In this document: positions 27,545 to 39,552 of the stretch, piece after piece | Position numbering within the stretch: position 1 is the stretch's first letter | Layout: every line of letters starts with the position of its first letter | DNA from: Eledone cirrhosa | Lineage: Eukaryota | Direction of reading: 5' to 3' | Length of the DNA: 64,000 nt | Assembly (NCBI GenBank): GCA_964016885.1 | Contig: OZ024743.1 | Location: 243,350,001 to 243,414,000, forward strand | The notes under the pieces: model-generated | The model's database searches: none | Told to the model about the DNA's origin: nothing | The model's input: only the letters and a program-made list of their open reading frames with translations | Translations under genes and position numbers: made by a program

Positions 27545-28039
27545 CTAAAAAAAAACAATATTAGAGATATTACAATATAAAGAGCAGAGATGCAATACAA
27601 ATGTATGTCTTTCTCTATCTCTCACTCTACAATATCAGATATTACAGTATAAAGATACCTTTAAGAACAGAGACACATTACCTCTGTATATGTGCCTGTC
27701 TGTTTCTCTTTCCCTCTCTCTCTGATACACACACACTTTTCAAAATCACAGATATTGCAGTATAAAGATCCCCTTAAGAACAGAGACAGAGTTCCTTTGT
27801 ATGTGTACCTCTCTCTCTCTCTCTCCCTCACACACTCTTCAATAAACAGTTAAAGCTGGTGGATTAACCGTGAACATTTTAAGGACTTAGCCCATTACAA
27901 TAAAAGTAGCAGAACGTGTAAATATCACGATATCACCAGGAAAATCTGCTTTAACAATATATGTTTTGTTTACAGATACATGTTAACGTTTTTTTAACTG
28001 TTTAGTCAAGGAGAGAAGGGCAGCATGCAAGGTCCTTTT

Positions 28040-28300
28040 TACAGCCCCTGTTGTTGGTAGGAGAGAGGGACAGTGCCCATGGTCCTTTTTATAGCCTTTG
28101 TGGGTGGGGAGGATAGAAGGGCAGTCTCCACGGTTGGTAGGAAGGAGGGGCAGTGCCCATGGACCTTTTTATAGACTCTGCGGTTGGGGAGGAAGTGGGA
28201 GGGACAGTGCCCATGGTCTTTTCCAGAGTTCCATGGTTGGTAAGAGAGAGGAGCAGCCTCTATGGCCCTTTTCATAGACTCTGTGGTTGAGGGAAGGAAA
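28040..28300. repeat. Degenerate purine-rich tandem repeat
   Basis: Recurrent ggtaggagagagggacagtgcccatggtccttttt unit, 4-5 imperfect copies. Confidence 0.6.
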
Positions 28301-28620
28301 ATATCCCCAACCTGGAGGCCTGGTTCAAATGCTTGAAATAGAATCGACTCCACTAAGGTCGCCCAAGGGCTTGGTGGTGGTATTAAATTGGGTGAAAGAT
28401 TAAGTCTACCGTCCAAACCATCTCAGAAAACAATGAACCAGAGTAAATATTGCAAGGTATCTCGTCCGACTTTCTAATAATTCTGACAATCTACCACTAT
28501 GGAGTGGTATTTTATTAGCCATGAAAGGATGAAAGGTAAAGTTGACCTTGGTGGTATTTAAATCAGATCGCAGAGAACCAGAATAAATACAGCAACACTA
28601 ATACATCATTATATATATAT

Positions 28621-31600
28621 TTCTATTTATTGCCATGAGGGCGCAAAAGAAGGGGACAAATACAAGGGGGAGTTTACACAAAAAGGCGAGTAAAGAAAAC
28701 AAATAACAAATATAAAATTAACAATAAAGTCCTCAATAGGGAGGAGGCGTTTTGGGGGGTCGCACACACCCCCGAAAAAAGTGTGCAACCCCTTCTCCTC
28801 AGGAGCACAGAGAGAGGGTGCTCCCTCATTCCTTCATCTTTTCCATCTACAGGCTGATGTAGAGAGAAGGCCCATTCACACGGGCCATTCTCGCCACTTT
28901 CACCCACCTTTCATAAAAACGACTGGGGTTGAGCATCTCTCTCTCCATCCTGATCCTTCTTCCGAAATGATATCGGAAGAAACGGATCAGTTGTTGGCCA
29001 GAGAGAGAGGTGCCTGACCTCCTCAGTCCTTTAAGACGCGTCCACCATACAACCTCTTTCACCATGGTTATTACGCACAGAAACACCACCTCTCCTTCAT
29101 TTTTGAAGGGGAGAGGTGGCTTAATTGTTACAATGGCTTCGGTGGTCAACCGGATCGGTCCCACCCGTGACAGCAGTCATTCGACTTAGCCCGAGCAGTG
29201 TACCAATGCATGTGCAATGGTTTCCTCGTCGCACACGCATCTGGGACAGATCTTTTTGGTGGGGTCCTTACCCAGGCGCCTGTGTCTGTAGAGCTTTTCT
29301 CGAACAGGTAGAGCCCCTCGGTAGCACTGCCAGGCTAGGAACTTCTGGAAGTTGTCCATAGGTCCCGGGCTGAATGTCCTACCGAACAGGCTGGCCAGTT
29401 CGTCTTCCTCTATGTCTAGGGCTTCTCCGAAGGGCGTCGTCGCACCTGCTGCGTACCAGCCCTCTATAGAATGTTGAGGTGGAGTCTCCACTGATAACTG
29501 GGTCCGCTTGCCAGAGGGCCGTGAGCGCCTGGGCACACTCAGTGTGCCAGGTGCCCACTTTTCTCGGTCTTTGCTTGACCCAAGATTGCAGCTCAGTGAG
29601 TGAGACGAGTCTGGGAAAGGTTCGTCTCACAAACGGGGCCCACACCGGTTGACCGGTGAGGAATACGTGGAGGTGCCGTAGCCTTAATGCGTGCTTATGC
29701 ATCATTAGCCACGGCATCCCCAGCCCTCCTTTCGAAGGGTGTTGACAGCAGATGGATCTCCTCACCAAAGGAGCCCGCTTCTTCCAAAGGAATTGGAAGA
29801 GTGCGCGCTCCATCTTGGCGAGGGTTTCCCTTAGGCAAGGCACGACGGTCAGGCGGTAGTAGATGACGCTATATAGGTGTTTGCCACTTCCGCCCGACCT
29901 TTCAGGGATAGTTTGCAACTGGCCACTTATGGGTCAGTGCAAACACCCTGTTCGTAACCTCACCCCAGTTCTTCTCCACCTGGAGGTCTGGTCCGAACCA
30001 GACCCCGAGCAACTTCACCGGGCCCTCCGTCCAGCGTCCGACAACGCCATCGGAGGGCATCGGCTTGCCCCTCCACATGCCGAGTTGCAAACCGATCGAC
30101 TTGTCCCGGTTCAGCTTAGCCTCTGTAAACCTTTCGTACTCCTCCAGTAAGGTCCCGATCACCCCGATTTTGGAGGCCGTCGACACCATACTGTCATATC
30201 ATCGGCGTAGGCCGACACCGCTTTCCACAATCCCGGTTTCAAAGGGATGCCCTGCAACAACTCCAACTTCCGCAGTAGTGGCTCGAGAGTCAATGCATAC
30301 AGAAGGGAGGAGAGAGGGCACCCTTGTCGGATGGACCGCGCGATTTCGAACGGCTCCTAGAGCAGATGCGGCTGCTGTGCATAGCAGTGATCCAGCCCCT
30401 GAAAACGGGTCCGAAGCCTGCGCTGCTAGCACCGCATCCAGGTAACCATGGTCGACCCTACTGAACGCCTTAGATTGATCCAAGTTGATCAGGGCCCCAC
30501 CAAAGCCGGGTTCGTTCCCAACCCTCTCTATGATGTATCGCATGAGGTGGAGGTTGTCATGGATGAACCTGGACAAGATAGCACATGTCTGCGCATTCCC
30601 ACCAGGTTGCCCACGACAAGCGCCAACCTCTTTGCTAACACCTTGGCCAAAATCTGTAACTCTGTATTTAGCAGAGTTATGGGCTTGAAGTTACTTATTT
30701 CGTCCCCCTTGTTCTCGTCCTTCCTCACTAGCGTGGCTACGCCCTTGGTCACAGTACAGGGAATTCTCCCGTTCTGTCGCCAGTTGCAGTAGACCGCCTC
30801 GAGGAGATCGGGGAACAAGTCCGGCATAGCTAGATATAGTTTGTATGGAAGACCATCAAGACTCGGGGATTTGGGTTTGCCGCATTGGCTCAGCACGTCC
30901 TCTATCTCAGTGGCTGAAATCGGCTCCCCTCAGGACTTCGCCTCCACGTCCGAAAGACGCGGCAAGCCATCGAGGTATGGACCGAAGTCCACTTCCCCAA
31001 CCGGCTCCCCGCCCATTCCGAACAATCGGGCAAAGTGCCTTTGAAAGGCCTCACACATCTGCTTCGGCTCAAGGATCGCCCGTCCATCCTGGTCTCACAA
31101 AGACCGGATGGTGGATTTAATTCCACTCTTGGCTTCTGTCACGCGGGCCCAGCTAACAGCTTTGGTCCCCTCGTTTCCTAGAGCACGTATTTTACTTCGG
31201 ACAACGTAGCCTTCGTGCTTCGCGTCGAAAAACTGGCTCAAAGCCGTTCTCGACACTAGCACTCTGGCCACGTCGCCGCTTCTAATTGCCTCTTCTACTC
31301 TGTCTATCAGTTCCCTTTCCTTCCTATTCGCAGCTAAAACCTTACTAAATTCTATCGAGACTAATCTAATCTCTCTCTTTAGAGATACCCACCACCTGCT
31401 GTTGACGATCGCTCCAGTCAACCGTTCCTTAACTAATGTACTAATCCGGTTCCAGTAAGCTTTACTTGCCGGTAGGGACAAGTTCAGCTTCCAGTAACCG
31501 GGACCCTGTCTATGCATTCTATCAAGGTTGACCATGCAGGTCACTAACTTGTGGTCTGAATAGCCAACCATGAGCATTTCTGGACAACTTAAAAAGTCCC

Positions 31601-32100
31601 TGTTCTTATTTCTAACTAAGAACCTATCTAGGTACGATCTAGATTGACCGCTGCGGTTTGACCAAGACCAGGTTGGCACAGTCGGGAAATCTAGTCGAAA
31701 TCTATCGGCCAAGTCAAATCGGCCGAGTAACTCCTTGAGGCTGTTACACCCCTCTCTATTGGGACATGCCCCTGCATAGTCCCAACGTGCATCCATGATA
31801 CCATTCCAGTCCCCCACTAAAAGCAGGTGAACGGGACGTCCCTAGAAAAGGCTCCAGACGCTGGAAGAAGTCGGGCTGCTCTGTCCCAAAAGGGGCATAT
31901 GCGGCTACCAGCCTAAAGGCTCCACCTTCACCACTGCCAAGGTCCAGCACCACCAGTCGACCCCCTGGGTCCAAGTGAACTATCTGTGTGGCGAGACCCA
32001 GATGTTTTTGCAGCAGAACGACAACCCCACCCCACCTCCAGGCTGACAGAGAGATGCGTGCATCTCAAAGTCATCAAAGGTGGGGGGCCAGCTGTCGCTT
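28621..32100 (-). mobile_element. Tx1/L1-clade LINE ORF2, 5'-truncated and frameshifted
   Basis: EN motifs GDWN, SYLDRF, SDHK, GPGYWKLN; RT motifs KSPSLDGLP, PITLLNTE, LINLDQSKAF; C-terminal CCHC CPRC...ETIAHALVHC; GC-rich; A-rich tail at (TA)n. Confidence 0.9.
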
Positions 32101-32219
32101 CTTCTACATTAATAACAGGTAAAGACTCTTTAAGTAATAACAGTCAGTAATGATTCTACATTTATATCAGGTAATGATAGTTAGTAATATATAAAATTAT
32201 AAGAAATACCAATTCCTAC

Positions 32220-32414
32220 CAAGTCTGACTGGAAAGAGATGAAGCAAGCCCTATTTTGTGAGTGTCTGTAGCAGAAACAGGAGGACAATTATCTGCTTTG
32301 GTCTCCAGTGGTGATCTTCTAGATGTCTGAAGACCTATTAAATTATTTGGTGTTGTCAGAGGTGGTGCTGATGCCTGGAATGATGTGTTCACACCAACTG
32401 AGTACTTCTCCACA
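32220..32414 (-). CDS. STIL: STIL exon
   Basis: tttcAG/GTAGG borders, 195 nt, phase 2 to 2; VEKYSVGVNTSFQ...LSSQT (ORF 32216..32425). Confidence 0.82.
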
Positions 32415-34334
32415 CTGAAAGGCAATAATAAATATACATAAACACACTAGATATTGAGTACTTCTCCACACACACACACTCTCTCTCTAGATATTGAGTA
32501 CTTCTCCACACACACACACACTCTTTCTATAGATATTGAGTACTTCTCCACACCGAAAGACAATAATAAATATATACACACACTGAATAAAATAAGAAAT
32601 ATTTGAAATAGATTTCAATAATATTCAGTGAGGTTAACATGCTGGGCCACTAACCACTTCATTATAAGATCAATACTTAACTACACCCATTATTTTACGG
32701 CATGGATTGGCAGTATCGGTAGAGGGTCGGACGCCATGCTTTGACGCATAGAGTTACGGCCCTTGCCATTCTGAGATCAAATCCCGTCGAGGTTAACTTT
32801 ACCTTTCATCCTTACGCGGTCGATAAACTAAAATACCAGCAATACACTGGGTAATTGCTGGCCTTGTGCCAAAAGAAGAAACAATTATTTTATGGCATGA
32901 TAAAGGCAGTGGATTGGCAGAATCCGTGGAGCATCTGACAAATGCTCTGCAGTATTTGTGCCCCCTCTTTCCTTCAAATCCAGCCATGGTCAACATTGAC
33001 TTTCATTCTTCTTGGGTTTAGTAAATAAGATACCAGTCAAATACTAGGGTCAATATAATTGACTTTACCCTCCTCCTAAAACTGCTGGCTTTGTGCCAAA
33101 ATTAGAAACCACTATTTTATGGCAAGATATCCTACTCTGATAGCCTATACATCCACCAGTCCCTTCTATTTCTGATGAGAAAACCTTAGTAACAGAAGCT
33201 ATCAATTACTACTAACAAGTCTTCAGGACAGTCTAAAATCTTCATTTCTTAGAATGCTCTTGTTACTATCTACTGCTGTACATTTATTACCTTCTACATC
33301 AAAACCTACCATCGATCCCACTGCATCTTTTGTGTACCTATTATCTACATTAACTTGTTTGATAACAACCTGACCAAAACTGGCTCTGGTTCTATGAAAA
33401 AAAAAACCCACTTATTTACAGTCCGTAACAACATCAAGGGTATTAATGAAACTTGTTAAAGAAATTTAACACAGCCTCTGATTTTGCATGATATGCTTAA
33501 AACTGAAAGCGAAAAATTAGTCAGTATATGAACTTTGTGGGGTGTTTAGGACTTAGACAATGATTGGTCAGTGGGAAAAATTCAAAAGAACCCTCAATGC
33601 TATCGTGGACTGTTGAATTAAAATTGTCAAACATAGTTTTATATAAGCTAATATACAATGTACTGTTATTTCATATTATATAATGAAATGATAATTTTAG
33701 TAAACACCTCAAAATTCTTCATTAATTAATTGAAATAGAATCTATTTAATTTGAATTAAGGTCACACTACATTTCTGCACACTAAGCAAGTTCAAAAATA
33801 TGATGGTTGTAGGGTTCTGTTTTCTTCTTTGCTAAGACTTTCGTCATTGCTAAATTGATCCTTAGGCCTCTTAATTCTCAACTTACTTCCAAAAACTACA
33901 CATCCTAAATATAGAAAAATGCTAGATTGGCATAGATATGAATTATTTGTATTATTGTGGTAGATTTGTATTATTGTGGTAGATTGGCAGTATTGGTAGA
34001 GCGTCGGACACTATGCTTCGCTGCATATAGTTACAGCCTTTTATGTACTGAGTTCAAATCCTGCCACGGTTAGCTTCGATACAGGGTCAATAAAATAAAG
34101 TACTAGTAATGCACTAGGGTCAATTTAATCGACTTTCCCTTCTCCAGGCCTGTGTCTAAATCAGAAATTATTATTGAGTTGGGACATAATACAAAATATT
34201 TTTGTTGTTTTTTTTAACAGAATTGTTTTATTTGTTAACTACCATCAACTAGATTAGTACTTATTGAAGCAACTAAGCAGACTTAGGTAAGTAGAGTTGT
34301 GAACATTGCTCAAGGGTCAAACTAAATTTTTCTT

Positions 34335-34561
34335 TTAACCCTTAGCATTTACATTACTCTATATTTACTATTGTATTTTCGTGGTAAAGGCTTTATCTCA
34401 TAAAATATCTTACATAATATCAAATCTATGAGATTTTGATATTATTTATTTTGAGAACAATACCTTCACATCAGTATGACAGACTAGTTATGGCCGGTTT
34501 GAACAGAAAGCAGTGAGAGAATTCTGGCTAGATACAGCCAGTATAAATGCTAAAGGGTTAA
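34335..34561. mobile_element. piggyBac-like MITE copy
   Basis: TTAACCC...TAAATGCTAAAGGGTTAA. Confidence 0.78.
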
Positions 34562-34581
34562 GCAATAATGATGACATATAC

Positions 34582-37500
34582 ATCATCATCATCATCATCA
34601 CCGTTTTACGTCCGTTCTTCCACGCTAGCATGGGTTAGACGGGTTGTCCTGTTGTGGGCAGTGTCTGGTCGGCTGACCATGCCTTGCTCATACAGGAACT
34701 GATCTGGCTTGATTTCTACAGCTGGATGCCCTTCCTAACACCAACCTCATTTACAGTGAGTGCTGGGTGCTTTTTCGTGGCGCCTACACGTCCACTTTAC
34801 AGTGTGGGCTGGGTGCTTTTTTGCCGTGGCACCTCCACGACCACCTTGCGGTGGGGGGGGGGGGGGGGGGGGCATATTGTTTATATGCTTCAGCATGTAC
34901 CCATGGGAGGTCGGGTACCCTGTATTACTGCGTGACGCCAGAAGTCACGGTCGTGTGTCATTGACTTTGAGAGGTGTAGTTGGGTAAGGTCGGCTTTTAT
35001 CACCTCATCCCAAGTCATCTTGGGTCTCCCCACTCCGCGGTTTCCATCAACTTCTAGTGCTCTGCACCTTTTTATGCAGCTGTCATCCTTCATACGCATC
35101 ACATGTCCATACCAGCGTAACCGCCTCTCCTGCACGCAGCATTTGATTCCTCTTATGCTCAGTCTCTCTCTCAATTCATTTATGCTTTGTCGTTCACGTA
35201 TATTACTGTTACACATCCATCGGAGCATGCAGGCTTCGTTTCTCTCTAATCTACGTAAGTCTTCCACCTTCAGCGCCCAGGTCTCACTACCATGCAACAT
35301 CGCTGTTCGGATACACGCATCATACAGTCTGCCTTTCATTCTGAGGGAGAAGCCTTTTGCAGCTAGCAGTGGTAGTAGTTCCCTAAACTTCTTCCATCCC
35401 GTTCTTACCCTAGTTATTGTACTTTCTGAGCACCCACCTCCGTTGCTAATTCGGTCACCTAGGTAGCAGAAGCTGTCTACTGTTTCTACAGGGCCCTCCC
35501 AGAGATTGGTGGTACTTGTTTCCTGTGGCTGTTTGCTTGCTGTTTCAGCACAGCTGCTGCATGTGAATCCTACATTCTTAATTAAGCTTCCTGAGATCCC
35601 GCTACATCTCTTGTGTACCCATTGTTTGCATTTGGGGCAAAGAATGGAGTTCCTACCTACACCTTTCCTACATACTGAGCAAGGCCATTTCCCTGAGGGG
35701 ATCTGGGTTCTGTTTTCTCGTCTACTTATAAGGACCTTAGTCTTTGTCATGTTGACTTTGAGGCCCTTTCTCTCTAGTCCCTGCTTCCAGGTTTGGAATT
35801 TATTCTCTAGTTCTACCATAGATTCAGCTATGAGTGCGAGGTCATCAGCATAAGGAGTTCCCATGGGCATCCGGTCTTAAACTCCTCCGTTATTGCCTGC
35901 AGGACTATGATGAACAGGAGAGGGCTAAGAACAGAGCCCTGGTGGACCCCAACCTGTACGCTAAATTCCTCGCTATACTCATTGCCAATCCTAACTTTGC
36001 TGACTGCTCCCCTATACATGGCTTGTACCGCTTTCACAAGCCATTCATCTACTCCTAGTTTTCTAAGAGCCCACCAGATTACTGCACGTGGAACTCTGTC
36101 AAAGGCTTTCTCAAGGTCGACAAATGCCAAGTAGAGTGGCTTACTTTTAGCTAGGTACTTTTCCTGTAATTGCCTCACAAGGAAGAGCGCATCAGTGGTG
36201 CCTTTCCCTGGAACAAACCCAAATTGCATCTCGTCTATATTCACCCGGTCCCTAATCAGCTGTGCTATAACTCTTTCTGTTACTTTCATGACCTGGTCCA
36301 TCAACTTTATACCTCTATAGTTTCCTCTATCTAGTGCATCGCCTTTACCTTTGTAGCAGTTGACAATGATGCTACTGCACCAATCTTTTGGTATGGCCCC
36401 CTCTAGTATTACCTGGTTAACGATACGTGTGGTTATAGTGTGACCTACAGACCCAGATGCCTTCAGCATCTCGGCAGCTATACCCGATGGACCGGTTGCC
36501 TTCCCTATCTTCATATCTCTGATTGCCTTACTTACTACGCTGCCGCTGACTTGTACTGCTGGTCCCTCTATAGGGTCTACGTGGGGTAGGGTCTCTTCTT
36601 CCCATGCATTCTCCTCATTTAGTAATCTATCATAATGACTCTTCCATGCATCTTTCTTCTCAGCACTTGTGAGGGCAAGCTCACCTTTATCATTCCGGAT
36701 ACACTTCTCTCCAATGACATCACAACTATCTCTGACACACTGCCTCGCAATCTTGAATACCTCCTGTTTCTGGTCCTCACGTTGTAAAACATGCTTGAAT
36801 TTTCTATCCTCTGCTTCCCTCCTAGCTAAGTATACTTGTCGCCTAGCTTCCCTCTTGGTCTCTATGTAATGTACCCTGCTCCCCCCGTTCTTCCATTCTT
36901 TCCATGCCTGTCTCTTGGCCTTGACTGCTTCATCTACCTTATTGTTCCACCACCAAGTCACTCTCCTCCTGCTTGAGGTCTTACTCCAGCCACAAACCTC
37001 ATCCGTCGCCTCTAGTAAGTTATTTTTTAGGAACTCCCAGTTCTCTTCTACGTTAAATGTCTCTATCTGTTCTTCTTTACTGTCGTAGGCGTTGAGTAAA
37101 ATATCTTTAAATCTGTTACTGGTTGAGGGGACTTTCAGCTTCCAGATCTTTCTTCTCCAGGTTGGCCTCTGTTTCAGGGCTCGTCTAGTTCTGACCGTGA
37201 GGTCGCTGACAACTAAGCTATGTTGGGATGTACATTCCTCACTAGGGAAGGCTTTTGTGTTTACGACCGTCCATCTGTCACGTCCTCTGATGAGGATAAA
37301 ATCTAACTGACTAGAGTGCTCCCCTGATCTATAGGTGATCAGGTGGTTGTCGGGTTTTTTAAAGTTTGTGTTACATATCGACATGTCATTGGCGTCGCAG
37401 AATTCTAGAAGTCTGAATCCTTCCTCATTCCTTGTGCCAACTCCATGGCCTCCATGTACTCTATTGAAGCCGTCGCAGTGTTTACCTACGTGTCCGTTAA

Positions 37501-39425
37501 AATCTCCTGCAATGATTAGGAAGTCCTTGTCGTCTGTTAGAGCAGTAGTGTGTATTAGGGACTCGTAAAACCTATCCTTAAGTTCGTCTGGCAGCCCCGA
37601 TTGGGGTGCGTAAGCTGATATTATTGTGGTAATTGTCTTATTCAGGACTAGTCTGAGTTTAATGATTCTTGCATTTACCCTGTACACTGAGATTACTTTA
37701 TCTACCCACTTGTCAGCTAATAGTATACCTACACCACCCATCCCATCGTCATTTCCCACCCAGAAAAATTTGTAGCACTGGCTTTTTCCTACAAGGACTC
37801 TAGCAGACCCTCCTCTCCATCTAGTCTCTTGCACACAGCATACATCAACTTCCTTTCGCTCTAGCATTTCTACGATTTCTCCTGCTCTTCCTTTCATTGA
37901 GCCTACATTGATGGTACCAACTCGGAGTTTTGGGCATTTGTCGACACTCGTAGGGGAGGGTCTCTGGGTTGGCGCTTCACGTGGGTGCTTGGTAGCTCGC
38001 AGATTCATATTTCATCTATTGATTCAGAGTTGCTCGTGTATTCCCAGCTCATCCATCCCTAACGGTGGGAAAATTGAGGGCTAGAAGGACAGTGGTGGTG
38101 GGGTAATGGCAGGGTGTGTTGGGATGCGCCAGAGGAGGAGAGAGTTAGTTAGGCAGGTAGTAGCAGCAGCAGCAGTGAAAATGGCATGCTAGGTTTGATT
38201 GGTCGAATAGACTATGGTGGTGTGTGGGGGTGGGGGGGGGGGGGGGAAATTGTGAGGTAGGAACTGAGGGTCGCATGGTAAATATCCAAGTTAATACTAC
38301 ATCAGTAAAATTAACAATAATAACGTCATGAAAAAAGCTACTAAGAGAAACCCTCGAAAATTTATCGCTAATACAGCAGGGAAAATTTAACGCTAATACA
38401 GCAGGGAACATCATAATATTAACGACATGAAAAAGCTACTAAGAGAAACCCTCGAAAATTTATCGCTAATACAGCAGGGAAAATTTAACGCTAATACAGC
38501 AGGGAACATCATAATATTAACGACATGAAAAAGCTACTAAGAGAAACCCTCGAAAATTTATCGCTAATACAGCAGGGAAAATTTAACGCTAATACAGCAG
38601 GGAACATCATAATATTAACGACATGAAAAAGCTACTAAGAGAAACCCTCGAAAATTTATCGCTAATACAGCAGGGAAAATTTAACGCTAATACAGCAGGG
38701 AACATCATAATATTAACGACATGAAAAAGCTACTAAGAGAAACCCTCGAAAATTTATCGCTAATACAGCAGGGAAAATTTAACGCTAATACAGCAGGGAA
38801 CATCATAATATTAACGACATGAAAAAGCTACTAAGAGAAACCCTCGAAAATTTATCGCTAATACAGCAGGGAAAATTTAACGCTAATACAGCAGGGAACA
38901 TCATAATATTAACGACATGAAAAAGCTACTAAGAGAAACCCTCGAAAATTTATCGCTAATACAGCAGGGAAAATTTAACGCTAATACAGCAGGGAACATC
39001 ATAATATTAACGACATGAAAAAGCTACTAAGAGAAACCCTCGAAAATTTATCGCTAATACAGCAGGGAAAATTTAACGCTAATACAGCAGGGAACATCAT
39101 AATATTAACGACATGAAAAAGCTACTAAGAGAAACCCTCGAAAATTTATCGCTAATACAGCAGGGAAAATTTAACGCTAATACAGCAGGGAACATCATAA
39201 TATTAACGACATGAAAAAGCTACTAAGAGAAACCCTCGAAAATTTATCGCTAATACAGCAGGGAAAATTTAACGCTAATACAGCAGGGAACATCATAATA
39301 TTAACGACATGAAAAAGCTACTAAGAGAAACCCTCGAAAATTTATCGCTAATACAGCAGGGAAAATTTAACGCTAATACAGCAGGGAACATCATAATATT
39401 AACGACATGAAAAAGCTACTAAGAG
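34582..39425 (-). mobile_element. Near full-length RTE LINE (copy A): 5' 98-bp monomer array, 5'UTR, EN-RT ORF with one frameshift, 3'UTR, (GAT)n tail
   Basis: ORFs 35828..38008 (VQETRW, SAYAPQ, GDFNGHVG, QLDFIL, RT motifs) and 34890..35870 (YADD onward), joined by a 1-nt deletion near 35852 relative to copy B. Confidence 0.95.
38317..39425. repeat. 98-bp tandem array, about 11 essentially identical units
   Basis: aatattaacg recurs at 38611, 38709 ... 39101 (period 98); each unit has two cgctaatacagcagggaa sub-repeats. Confidence 0.97.
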
Positions 39426-39552
39426 ATGTATTTGCACATACATGTATGTGCAAATGTATATGTCATCATTAAAGTATTAGTTGAAGAAGGAATAGTGATA
39501 AAGAATTTGGATTTGATGTTTTTAATATAAATATGAAAAAATGAATAAAAAC

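Noticed and set aside
38317-39425. CRISPR-like array
   Set aside because: Units are identical throughout with no unique spacers, there are no cas genes, and the context is eukaryotic.
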